This document shows, in pieces, positions 52,521-64,000 of a stretch of 64,000 nt of DNA. The position numbers and the translations under genes are program-made. The stretch is from positions 2,011,111 through 2,075,110 of the forward strand of contig MU058824.1 in the NCBI GenBank assembly GCA_013265495.1. Direction: 5' to 3'. Source of the stretch: Vicugna vicugna. Taxonomy: Eukaryota. How positions within the stretch are numbered: position 1 is the stretch's first letter; each line of letters begins with the position of its first letter. The notes beneath the pieces are model-generated. The model was given only the letters and a program-made list of their open reading frames with translations. It searched no databases and was not told where the DNA came from.

Positions 52521-53397
52521 GGGCGGGTAGGGAGAAACCGCCTACGCCACAACGGCTAGCCCGGGCCGAGGGGGCCATCCCTGGGAGGTCGCAAGTAGTG
52601 AAGGCCCGAGGGTCCAAAGAGGAGCGATAAAAATGGGGGAGAAAGTTTTATTTTTAGGCTTGAAAAATGGCGGGAACCGGGTCCTTTTTTCAAACTTGGC
52701 CTCGGGAGGGGCGGCGGTTGCGCCACCTCCGCTGCCCGGGTTCGCCCCTCCCCCGCTCCTCGCGCGCCAGGCCGCGCCCGCCCAAGCCCCCCGGTGCCCA
52801 AGGGGTCTTCTTGTCCCCTTCGGAGGGAAGAGGCTCCCTGCTCGACCCTCGGCCCCTGGTCTGACCGGGCCGGCGCCAACCGCGAGGTCAGACCGGAGGA
52901 GCCACCCGCGCCACCCGAGCCCCTTTCCCTGACCCGCCCGGGGCCTGCGGAGCCCGGTCTGGAGCAAAGCGGGCCCAGCCTGGGCTGGCCGCGCGGCTCC
53001 TCGGCAGGCCCGGCCTCCGCCCGGCCGCGCATCCCGGGAGGCTGCAAACATGGCTCCCAGCGTTACACAACCCCCTCCTCCCTCCCTTGCCGCCGGCCAC
53101 ACGCACACGCGCTCCGCGGGGAAAGGACCCCGGCAGGCGAGGAGCTCAAAGTTTGCTTTCCCCCACCCCACCGCCTTCCCCGGACGGCTGCGGGGACCCG
53201 CGGGCGCCAAAGAGTTAATCCCCGCGCGCTCGCTCCCCCCTCCGCGCCCGCCCGCCTGCCTTCACCGTCCGAGCCCGCGAGCTGCGCTCTTCCTCGCTCC
53301 GGGGCCGGCGAACCCGCGGCCCGAGCCCCGCAGGTGGCCACCATTACATGCAAGTCATCGGGGGGAGAGGGCGCTCGAACTGGGGGGGTCTGCTTAC

Positions 53398-53451
53398 AGC
53401 TGCCGGGGTCCGGTTCCTCAGCTCCAGGTGGATCCTTCTCTTCATGTCCAT
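53398..53451 (-). CDS. ANP32B: ANP32B coding exon 1 (54 nt), acidic leucine-rich nuclear phosphoprotein 32 family member B
   Basis: MDMKRRIHLELRNRTPAA; strong Kozak AACATGG; donor GCT|GTAAGC. Confidence 0.97.
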
Positions 53452-54894
53452 GTTTGCCTCTTCCCCCCTCTTCAAACTTAACTTTCCGCGGCGGGGGCGG
53501 AGGGGGGAGAGGCGTCCCAGCCTGCGCAGCGAGGGCCGTCGAAAGGGGTCTGCTCGCAGCAGAGGCCGGCGGCGCGGTCCCGGGCGGCGGGCGGCGTGCG
53601 GGGAGGCGAGCGGAGCCCCCGGAGCCAAGTTACTCACGGGAGCGGAGAGAAACCATGGAGGGAAAAGGGGGCTGGAGCGCAGCGCTGGCCTCACTACCGC
53701 CGCCCCCGGCCGCGGCCCCGCACTGCGCTTAAACCGGCGACGCGGCGCGGGCGGCTGCTCGGCTCGACTCGGCCCCGCGCGGCGCCGCTCGGCTCGGCGG
53801 CCGCGGTGCACCAAGGACGGGGCGGGGAGACGCGCGGCGGGAGGGGCGGAGGCTGGGGGCAAAAGGCGCAGTCTCGGGGACAGGAGCGACTTCCTCCCGC
53901 CCTCCGATCGCACGTGGGGTGGCTGATGTAAGACCCGCCTTGGGGGCTTCCACGCCTGCTGCCGAGCTGAGACCCCCCAGGTCCCTCCTCGACGCGCACG
54001 TAGGCGGTTCTCCAGCCCGCGCTTGGACATTTGCCGGGAGGGCCGGGGACGGGGGGAGACTTTACAGTCCGACTTCGGGGGTCCCTAAGGCCAGGTCCGT
54101 CCTCAGAGTCCTGGCCAGCCCAGTCCGACTCCCGCGAAGACGGGAGACGTGAAGAGAGCGGAACTGGGGCCTTCGGGTTCACCTCCCGCTCCCCTGCATA
54201 GTGTGGGGCCAACAGCCCAAGCTCCGCCGTCTCCTTGGCCAGGTGGGGCTGGAAGTGCTGCGAGGACCCACGTCGGGGGCGGAATCGCTGCCGGCCCGCG
54301 TTGTACCGCGTGGCAACGTGCGGAGTCGGCCTTCACGGCCGGTGGGGACCGGCCACTGGCCCAAGCCACAGAGGAGCCGAGCGTCCCAGAGTTCGGGAGA
54401 ATCTTCCTGGGTTTTCTAACATTTAAATATAGGCTAGCGAAGGCAGCAATTAGCATTTCTAATGGGGCCTCGGAGTTTACAGAGTTTCCCCGAAGACTTT
54501 TATCTCGTTTATTTTTAAGGGCACCCCTGTGAGGTGTGTGAATTCTTGATGGTCTCCATTTCGGTAAAGCTTGGCAGGTAGCCTTTGTAATGTGCTGGCT
54601 CAGAGAGCTCCCTGAGAGCTAGGGTTAGAGCACTAAGTCGGCTTTGCAGACCTTGGGTAGGTAACGTAACGTTGCATTCAGCTTAAAATAAGTAAATACG
54701 TCGTATGTCAAATCAGATACTATCTTAATTCTGGTATGGACAAGAGGCTCCAAGGTTGAGAAAAATGTATGAATAGAGAAAGACTTAGAATTCTATGCAT
54801 TAACCTAAGGTTTTCTTTAAGTTATGAGACTCCCCTCTCCCAGTTCACCTAAATTCATTTAGTGGCAAACAAAACTACTTACATCTATTTAAAA

Positions 54895-55120
54895 ATTTTT
54901 TATTTAAGTGTAGTTGATTTACAATATTAGTTTCAGGTGTACAGCAAAGCGATACAGTTATACATACACATACATACATACATTTTCTTTTCAGATTCTT
55001 TTACATTGTGTGTCATTACAAGAAATTGAAAATAGTTCCCTGAGCTGTAAGTAGGTCCTTGTTTGTTTTATACATAGTCATGTGTGTCTGTTAATCCCCA
55101 ACCCCTAATTTATCCCTCCT
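54895..55120 (-). mobile_element. LINE-1 3'-end fragment
   Basis: Reverse-complement L1 tail (TTTTTATTTAAGTGTAGTTGATTTACAATATTAG...TTAATCCCCAACCCCTAATTTATCCC). Confidence 0.8.
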
Positions 55121-55399
55121 CATGCAAAACTAGTTGTATTAATTTTTAAATATCAAATGAATTAATACGTCAAAGCCTAAAAAGTTTTAGAAGGATTATG
55201 GATAAAGGGAAAAACAGTCTAGTGTGTTGTTTCCTGAGTCTTGTATTTAAAATGTTAGTCTTAGCAGACATCTCTGTGATGATGAGGGAGGTGCTGTTCA
55301 GACTGTCATGAGGTCTATCACTGTAAGGTTATGGAACCACAGGGCCGTGGGATGAAGGCTTTTACGAAAACCTAGCAAATTAGTTCCATGAGCTAACAA

Positions 55400-55590
55400 G
55401 CAATGATTGAGCATCCACTTGTAGGGCCTAATAAGTTCTTATTTTATCCTCAGGCAACCCTGTGAAGTAGATTGTATTTTAGTCATTTTATAGATGAGGA
55501 ACTGAAGCTGCCTGGCCAACAAGAGGACGAGCTAGGGTTTAAACCCAAATGGTTCTGACTCCAAGGCCTTCCATCTTTTCTGCTACACCA
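55400..55590 (-). mobile_element. MIR SINE
   Basis: CATTTTATAGATGAGGAACTGAAGCT...GCTAGGGTTTAAACCCA...TCTGACTCCAAGGCC. Confidence 0.7.
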
Positions 55591-58500
55591 TCAGTCCGTT
55601 TCTGGAACGAAGTCCCTAGCATGGGGGTCTGCTTTGGAACAATGGGTTGGGAACAACTGTAGAGGATCTTTAATACCAAACAGAGCCTGCTGGCACCACC
55701 TTGTAGGTAAAGAGGAGATGCTGAAGGAGACTGGGAGTGGTAACCAGGCGGCTCTTGGGGGAGGTGGTATCAATCCTTAGGGGAAAACGGGGACAAATCT
55801 TGGGATCCTGTCCTCTCCTTATGACCATCTCAAGTGTATCAGGACTCACAAGATGAATGTGTGTTTTACAAGATTAAGCTACAAAGTAATTAATAAACAT
55901 AGCCACAATGTGCAGCAAATAAAAAGAAAGCAAAAGAGCCAAAGGAGAGACTACAGACCCGGTACTGTCCCTTCTGACACAGCCGGTGCTGGCATGCACC
56001 TCTGTGAACAAAGAGCGTGTGTTCCAGTGACATGCTTCTTTGTCAGGGGCTTCACTGCCAGAGGCATAAATAACACAGGCAGAACAGGGTGTGTCTCACT
56101 GCCCTGCCAACATCTTCCACTGGACTGTCAGTCCACGGGCTTGAAGGGGCTGTTGTCACACTGCTCTGGTTTTGAATACTGCTGTACTTAACACCATTCT
56201 GTGTATGCATCTGGGTTTGAGAAAGAAGTTGAATGTTTAATCCTCAGTTATCATGACTATGGATTTGAAGAAAGTCTGGAAGGGAATAAAAGTGAAAACA
56301 TCTTAGTTTGTGAGGGAGTCTCAACTATAGGTGAATCTCTTTTTACTTCCACTAATGTTAATATTTACCTAATAAGCAATACAAATATCAAATAATGCCT
56401 GGTTTTGGCATCTCTTTGCGTCTTAAAACTGCCTATTAATCAGAATGTGTGTGTATTCCAGTGAGCTCCAAAATATCTGAGAACATTCTGAGCAAGTTTG
56501 TAGCTCCTCGGACCTGCTCTCCACCCCACTGCCTCAGCAGCAGCATCAGATGACCAGAGCCTTCCACAGACTTTGGGTCTGTGAGCAGACTTGAACAAAT
56601 CTGAAAATGAGAGGGAACAGCCCTACTTGAGCATTGGTTTAACTGCCTTTGAAACCAGTTCAGCAGAGTGAATACCTTTTCTCTTTAAGAAAGACAGTAT
56701 ATGAAGCTGATGCATAATATAGGGTGAGGAAATCATTACTCTTTAAATACTAAATTCTTCCATTCTTTCCCTCCTCTCCCGTACACATGTGCATGCCCTG
56801 GTAAATCTGCCCTCTGAGTTTCCCAGCCTGGTGTGTGTGCCTGTTAGGGCAGTTAGGCAACACGTGGGAGTTGCTGAAATATCTAAATTCTCAGCTAGAC
56901 CGTGAGCTCATACACATATTTCTGGATGGTATGAATGGAGAGCAGGAGCCTGGGGCCATCTTTAGAACATAGGTGCCTGGCAAATGTGTGTTATGTTGAA
57001 ATAATGCCACGTGTACTCAAAACTACTCTCTAGGCAGCTGAGGTCATTGAGACAAAGGGAGAGAGGAAGGCAAATAGGTGAAAATGGGTTAAGGAATGAG
57101 ATCCCGTTAGTATCCAGATGGTAAAAACAGAGGAGGGGAGAGTGTCAGGTGTGCAGGCAGCTTCAGGTCCAATAAGGGGCCCCTGCCAAGAGAGCCAGGT
57201 TCCTCTCTGCTCTCTGAAACAGCTGCAGGTGCTGAGCCTTCCGCTGCAGCAAGGAAGAGCTCTGACTACCAAGAGTCAGGTTTACTGTTTATTAAACACT
57301 GTCCTTACGCCAAGTGCCCTGGTTGGGGCTCTCGTGTACGTTGCATCTCAGTTAATCCTGGCAACAGCTCGCTGGGACAAGACTATAATCCCCTTTTATT
57401 GTTTAGGAAACAGGCTTAGCGAAACCAAGTGGAGCTCACATAGCTAGTAAGAACCTGGATTTCTCTGTCATTAAGGTCCCACTGTAATTCATTCTTACAA
57501 CTTTGATCCTCTAGTCTTCACAACGGCTTCAGGAAAAACTTTTCTCTGCTGTAAGAAGATTTGCATGCTCAAGGATGAGGGTAGAGAGGAAGTTAAAAAA
57601 AAGTGAAATTTAAAAATTAAATTCCTACTGTTGAGACATATCCACCATTAAGGTGTATATCCTTGCAGCTTTTTTCTGTATTATTATTTAAAAATATTCA
57701 AAGCAGATTGAAAATTTTTGAAACTTGTTTTCCATCTACCACCATGATAAATAATGAGTTAATACTCATGATAAATGTGAGTGTTAACTTTGCTCTGTGT
57801 TTTTCCCTTTTTAGAGAAGGACTTTAGTAAGGAGGGAGACCACTCTTACCACTTACAGGCTGTGTGCTTTGGGACAAACCACTCTGGGAGTCTCAGGCTG
57901 CTTGTCTCAGGACTGTTGTGAGGATTAGACGTGATCATGTGAGGGAAGCTCCTACCTGGCACTGTGCCTGGGACTCTCCTGTGCGCCCTGGCCACAGTCA
58001 CTGCAGGCCCATGTCCCTCCCTTCTAAGCAGAGGCCCAGAGCTTGCTGGCCTCCTCAGGGGCTGTTGAAGTTCTACTGTGACCATCAGTCCTCCACCTCT
58101 GCTCCATGTCCTTCATCTCCTGTAGCTTTTGAGGAACTAGGAATGTTCTCCTGGAAAATATCTGTGTGGCCCCACAGTGTTGAGCATCCTTCTCCTCCAC
58201 AATTAGCCGGCATCCCCACCATTTGGACTCTCTCCTACCTCATAGGGATTTCCTCATCCACACAGAGCTAAGATTGATCCAAGAGCCCTGCTCCTGCTGA
58301 CTGAACTCTCCTATCTGTTCTTGAGCTTGCTTTGCCAGCTGCTGTTTGGCCAGGGGTCCCTCACAGGGCATGCAATGTCGTCCTCCCTCACTACAGACTC
58401 TGACACTACGGAGGTGGTTTGTGTGTGTCCCAATTTGCTAGTCTCTTATTTTGGTAAAGCCCCAAAGTCCCAAATACCCTCACAGTCTTATTTCTTCCTT

Positions 58501-59619
58501 GAAAAGCAGAGCAGCCAGGTTCCTGATTTCTTTGTATGTTTATCTACACATGTACTACAGAAAACTTGGAAACTATATTTAACAACAGCAACAAAAAGAA
58601 AGACCTCAATTCAGGGCTGAGCATTGCTCACATTTTGGTATCTTTTCCTCCCGTCTTTTCTCTGCACACATATGGCACTTCCTCAAGTCTCCAGTTGCCA
58701 GAAGCATCATCTCATTAATAACAGCTTTTCAGGGAGACAGGGAGGGGGGAACTACATTATTCATATTGACTATAAGAGACATTTTTATTTCAGAAATAGT
58801 AAGTGGTGAAAAAAAGTATAGTACCTAGGAAATACTGTGTATATGACATTAAAATTTTTTAAGTGGGATGATATTGGAACCTGATTTTTTCAGTTAACAT
58901 ATTAGGAACATATTTCCATGCCATTGAATAGTCTTCTACAGTATATATTCCTTGAGGGCATTCTTCTACAAAATGAAAATAGCTATTCTTTTTCTGAATA
59001 TAAAGACAGTACATATTCATGTAGCAAATTCATGCGATGCACAAAGGTATAAAGAAGAAATACAAGTCAGCCAAAATCCCATTACCTAGCGGCAACCATT
59101 GTTAACATTTTTGTGGATATTTTCTGAGCTATTTCTGTGAATGTAGATGCATATGTAAAACACATAATTTTATATAAAGAAATATCACTATAAAGGGAGC
59201 TTTAACATGCTTTTATTTTTCATTTAGCAGTAGGTCACAGAGATTTCTCCAAGTCAGTAAATCATTTCGTAATTTTTAAAATTGACATCATATTTCATAA
59301 TACAGATGTAGCACAGTTTATTCACCTAATTGTCTACTGATAAACATTTAGGTTACTTCCAGTTGTTCACCATTATATTTAACATCTTTGTACAGTTAGC
59401 TCCTTGAAATACATTCCTAGAAGTACCATTCCTGAACCAGAATATATATTTTTCAATCAAATATATATGGCAAATTACCCCTCAGAGGCTGTTCTTCTAT
59501 GCTCCCATTAGCAGTGTGTAAGACTTCCCCTCACTCTTGCCTAAACTAGGTATTATCTTTCCAAATTCTTTGCCGCAGTCTGTTTTCAACTAATAGCAAG
59601 GGTGAAAACCTAAGGATGC

Positions 59620-60850
59620 CATCATAAGTCATTGTGAAAGAATAGTCTTTTAAACAAAAGGTGCTGGGATTCTTATATATCCACACGCAGAAGAATGAAT
59701 TTGAACCTTTGTCTCGTACCGTATACAAAACTCAACTCAAAACAGATCATAGACTTTGTAATACCAGAGCTAAACCCACTGTAAGACTCAGAGAAAACCT
59801 AGAAGTAAATCTTCATGACCTTGGATTAGGCAAAGCTTTCTTATATATGACACCAAAAGCACAACAAACCAGAGAAAAAAGAAATTGGACTTAGTCAAAA
59901 TTTAAAAGTTTTGCACTTCAAATGACACCATCAAGAAAGTAAAAAGACAATGCATGGAATGAGAGAAAATATTTGAATTATATATCTAATAAGGGACTTG
60001 GTATCCAGACTAGATAAAGAACTATTAGAACTCAACAACAGAAAGACAAATAACTCAATTAAAAATGGGCAAAGATTTGAATAGACATTTCTCCAAAGAA
60101 GATAGACGAATGACCAATAAGCACTAAAAGGAGCTTAACATCATTAGGCATTCAGGAAAATGAAAATCAAAACTTCAGTAAGATACCACTTCACACCCAC
60201 TACGATGGCTATACTTAAAATGATGGCCAATAAGTGTTGGTGAGAATGTGGAAAAATTGGAACCCTTGTGCATTGCTAATAGAAATGTAAAATGATGCAA
60301 CTGTTTTGGAAAACAGCTTGGCAGTTTCTCAAAGTTATACATAGAACCAGCAATTTCACTGCTAGGTATATACCCAAGAGAATGAAAATATATGTCCATG
60401 TAAAATTTGTCCATGAATGTTTATTTTAGCATTATTCATAATTGTCATACATTGGAAACAACCCAAATCTCCATAAACTGATGAATAGATAAATAAAATG
60501 TGGTATATCTGTACAATGGGATTTTTTTTAACTCATAAATAGGAATGAGGTACTGATATGTGTTACAACATGGATGAACCTTAAAAATATGCTAGCTAAA
60601 GTCAGACAAGAAGACCACATTTTATATGATATCATTTATGTGAAACGTCCAGAGATAGGCAAATCCAAAGAGAAAGCAAATTAGTGGTTTCCAGAGGTTG
60701 CAGGATGGGGAGAGTTGGAAGTAACTTCTAGTGGGTATGGAGTTTCTTTTGGGGGTGATGAAAATATTCTAGAATTATATAGTGGTGATGCTTTGGTTGC
60801 CCAGCTTTATGAATATACTAAAACCCACTGAATTGTACACTTTAAAAAAG
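59620..60850 (+). mobile_element. Old LINE-1 (L1MB-like) ORF2 end and 3' UTR
   Basis: AATAGTCTTTTAAACAAA, CTTCATGACCTTGGATTAGGCAAAGCTTTCTTA, AAAAATGGGCAAAGATTTGAATAGACATTTCTCCAAAGAAGAT, ending GAATTGTACACTTTAAAA. Confidence 0.88.
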
Positions 60851-60859
60851 TTCAACATA

Positions 60860-61905
60860 GAGCTCCACTCCTAGGTATATACTCAAAAGAATTGAAAATG
60901 TAAATTCACACAAGGACTTGTACAGGAATGTTCATAGCAACATTATTCACAATAGCCCCAAAGTGGAAAAAACCCAAATGTCCATCAATTGATAAATGCT
61001 TAAACAAACTGTGGTATATACATGTGGTAGGCAGAATAATGACTTCCCAAACATGTCCACAGTCCTAATCTCTGAATTTGTGAATGTATTACCTTACATG
61101 GCAAAAGGACTGGGCAGGTGTGATTAAGGATCTCGAGATGAGATTATCCTGGATTATCCATATGGGCCAAAGTAATCACAAAGGTCCTTAAAAATTGAAG
61201 AGGGAGGCATAAAAGAAGGAACAGAGAGATTTGACTATAAAAGAGTTCATCAGAGTAACGGGACCTGAGGAGGGCCTGACCTACCGATGCTGCCTTTGAA
61301 CACAGAGGAAAGGAGCAAAAAAAACCAAAGAATGTGGATGGCCTCTAGAAACTGAAAAAAGGAAGGAAATGGGTTCTCCTTTGGAGGCTCCAAAAATGAA
61401 TGCAGCTCTGTCAACACCCTGATTTAGCCCAGGAATACCTGCCTTGGATTTGTCATATAGAACTATAAGATAATAAATTTGTGTTGTTTTAAGCTGCTAA
61501 ATTTGTGGCAATTTATTATGGCAACAAGTAGGAAACTAATACAGCCATACAATGAAATATTATTTGACCATAAGAAGGAATGAAGTACTGATGTAGGCTG
61601 CAACATGAATGCAACTTGAAAATATTATGCTAAGTAAAAGAACATCAAAGGCCACGTAGTGTATGATTCCATTTATATGGAATGCCTAAAATAGGCAACT
61701 CCATAGCGACAAAAAGTAAATTGGTGGTTGTCAAGGGCTGGGAGTAACAGAGAGTGACTAAAATGAGTATGGAGTTTCTTTTTGGGGTAACAGGAACGCT
61801 CTGGAATTTGATAGTGATGATGTTTGTGAATATACTGAAAACTACTGAATTGTACATTTTAGAAGTGAACTTTATAGTGTATGAATTATATCTCAATAAA
61901 ACTGT
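60860..61905 (+). mobile_element. Second old LINE-1 (L1MB-like) 3' fragment, interrupted by an MLT1 LTR
   Basis: CTCCACTCCTAGGTATATACTCAAAAGAATTG...GTGGTATATACA [LTR] CCATACAATGAAATATTATT...TTATATCTCAATAAAACTG. Confidence 0.85.
61023..61543 (+). mobile_element. MaLR solo LTR (MLT1D-like)
   Basis: TG...CA termini (TGTGGTAGGCAGAATAATG ... GGAAACTAATACA); diagnostic GAGATTATCCTGGATTATCC and AATAAATTTGTGTTGTTTTAAGC. Confidence 0.88.
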
Positions 61906-62794
61906 AAAAATTTTCTATCACTTAGGTAAGCTGACCATGATATCCCATTCTTTAACTTGTACTTGTGTATATGACTAATGGGGCTGAATATTTTTTTTCA
62001 GGTATTTATAAGCTATTTGTATTTCTTTATAAGTTACCTGTTCATGTCCTGTTGGTATTATAAAATTATTTATTAATACGTGCCCTGTGTGTATTAAGAA
62101 TATTAACCCTTAGTCTGACATACATGTTCAAACTATTTTTTCCCCATTTGTTGTTTGTTTTTAAAGTTTCACGTATGTATGTATACACACATACACACAC
62201 GCACACACACACTGGGAAAGGTGATGAAGAAAAAATTTTTATTTTTATTTAGGATAAAACTCATCTTTATGGCTATTGCCCTCATGTCATGCTTAGAAAG
62301 GCCTTCCCCAGACCAAGATTATATCACTATTTATATTTTCCTCTGATACTTGTGGTTTCATTTTTTTTTGGTGAAATCTTTAATCTGTGTAGACTAATGT
62401 TTTAATGTAAGGCTTGAGGTAAAGGTCTAATTTTCTTTATTTTTAATGGCCAAAACCATGTATTAAATAACCTTCTTTCCCCCAATGAACATGAAATATA
62501 ATCTTTTATCACATACTAAATTCTTACATTTTCTTTAGTATATTTCTGGACCTCCTTCTCTTTTCACTTATTTTTCTGTCTATACCCTCACCAGTACCCC
62601 TCTGGGACAGGTTAGCAAATGGAAAGCCAGTGGACAAATGGCAGAAGACCAGAAGTTTATTCTCTGGAGAAATAGGCTCAAAGTGGTGCTGGACTCGGGG
62701 ACACCAAGCCCAAATAAAAGTGAATTTCCCTCCGCTAGCCATGGAGAGGTGGAGAATGTATATTTCAGAATGCACAGTGCCCCTACTAGTCCTT

Positions 62795-62982
62795 CGTGGG
62801 ACCCTTACACATGGATTTTTTTCAGTAAATATGAACTACAGTCCTATACAAAACAAGGTTCATTGAATCTGTGGATGCACATTGGCGGATGCAGGAGAGC
62901 CGACTATAAAGCTATATGTGGGTTTTCAACTGCAGGGAGGATCAGCAACCCTAACCCCTGTGTTGTTCAAGGGTCAACTGTA
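62795..62982. mobile_element. TcMar-Tigger (Tigger2a-like) non-autonomous element
   Basis: Ends GTGTTGTTCAAGGGTCAACTG + TA, the reverse complement of the CAGTTGACCCTTGAACAAC terminal repeat followed by a TA target site. Confidence 0.8.
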
Positions 62983-63592
62983 CCATCAGTCAAGATGTAG
63001 AATGATACCAGAAAGATTTCTGGTAAGTCTCGATGGATTTAACTCATACCTATCTCCATACCCTCCCAAACCCTTAAAAGGATTTAAAGATCAAGTTGAG
63101 GAAATTTTCCCAGAAAGTAGAACAAAAAGATAAAGAAATATACTAAAGGAAAAATAAAATCAAAGGATCAGTCCAGGAGGTCCAATATCTGACTTACCAG
63201 AGTTCAAGAGAGAAAAGATAAAATAGAGGCAATTAAGTGGAAGCCTACCTTCCAAATGGTGAGCTACCCCTCCAACTCCCCTTCCTCCACTTAGTTCCAG
63301 AATGCTAATAGCTAACCTCCAAAGGCAGGAGGTTGGAGGATTCTCTTTTGAGGAAAGTGACTTCTTTAAGAGTGAACATCTAAGATAACCAAATTTGTTT
63401 TTATTTTAGTTATAATTTCCTTTTTTTGTCTTTATAATTATTCATTTTTCATAGCATCCTGTTTCTATTTCATTGGTATAATATCTTCTCTAATCTTTAA
63501 GGAGATAAAGTTTTATTCTGATACACCAATTGTCTCTATTGTCCCCAAGTTCCTTTTTACTAACTCAGATTTCTAGCTCTTGTGTTAGAGTC

Positions 63593-64000
63593 TGTTAACC
63601 TAAAACTATAAAACAGCCAGTTATTTTACCAGCAAATGAGTTATTTGGGAGCAGGAAAGAATTGCAACTCGACAGGCAACTGTGGTGAACCACAGGTAAG
63701 CAGTAAAGCAAAAGAATAGAGACTCTATTATAGAGGAGAAGGGAAATTGGGAGGAGCTGTTATAAACAAAGAGTCCATTGGAGGAAACAGGAAATTTGAA
63801 GTATAGTGGCCTTTCATAGGCTGAGTTGTGACAGTCCCTCATTGGCTGAGCTGTTGCCAGGCAAGAAGAAATCTTTCTTCCTCCCAAGGTAGTTAAGTAG
63901 TGTCACTTCTGCCAGAGATGCAAGGCATGTCTCTTCCTGTTGGCATCTATATTGATGTTGAGTGGTACGTACATGAGAACTCTCCCTCTGGCCCCCCACC
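63593..64000 (-). mobile_element. Probable ERV LTR, truncated by the window edge
   Basis: Begins TGTTAAC on + (ends GTTAACA on -, like the LTR at 18400). On the minus strand it shows CCAAT boxes (ATTGG at ~63777 and 63841) followed by TATA-like sequence. Confidence 0.6.

Larger units (their letters stand above)
51500..54400 (-). promoter_or_regulatory. ANP32B: Large CpG island covering the ANP32B promoter, exon 1 and 5' intron 1
   Basis: About 2.9 kb of very GC/CpG-rich sequence with GC boxes (e.g. GGGGCGGGG near 53819) and CACGTG E-boxes at 51522, 52060 and 53911. Confidence 0.9.

Noticed and set aside
51949..54532. Many long overlapping ORFs (up to 312 aa) on both strands
   Set aside because: By-product of the stop-poor CpG island: R/G/P/A-rich with no recognisable domain. 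Only the 54-nt ANP32B exon 1 is supported.

Overview
Mammalian (eukaryotic) genomic DNA, probably from a camelid (inferred from two tRNA-derived SINEs with a GGGGAGGGTATAGCTCAG head and from the L1 3' ends). It holds two complete, intact multi-exon genes, both on the minus strand. NANS (sialic acid 9-phosphate synthase) has 6 coding exons across 21155..3670, totalling 1080 nt = 359 aa + stop. ANP32B has 7 coding exons across 53451..32226, totalling 786 nt = 261 aa + stop. All introns are GT-AG and the exon phases join in frame. Each gene has a CpG-island promoter. The first ~750 bp are probably the 3' UTR end of a convergent gene (TRIM14, by recalled synteny only). The rest is intron/intergenic DNA rich in L1, L2, MIR, LTR and DNA-transposon relics, with one 27-N assembly gap. 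I found no evidence of a wholly new biological system. The best leads are: Thr42 in NANS (mouse-like, predicts loss of KDN-9-P synthesis); an influenza-competent N129/D130 ANP32B; a chimeric L1 bounded by one target-site duplication; a twin-primed inverted L1; a MER41-like LTR in NANS intron 1; a pogo/Tigger transposase relic retaining a PIP box; a young 3x39-bp repeat carrying STAT6-type sites; a UPRE in the NANS promoter; and an 8-codon uORF in ANP32B. Repeat family names and boundaries come from recognition by eye and are approximate.
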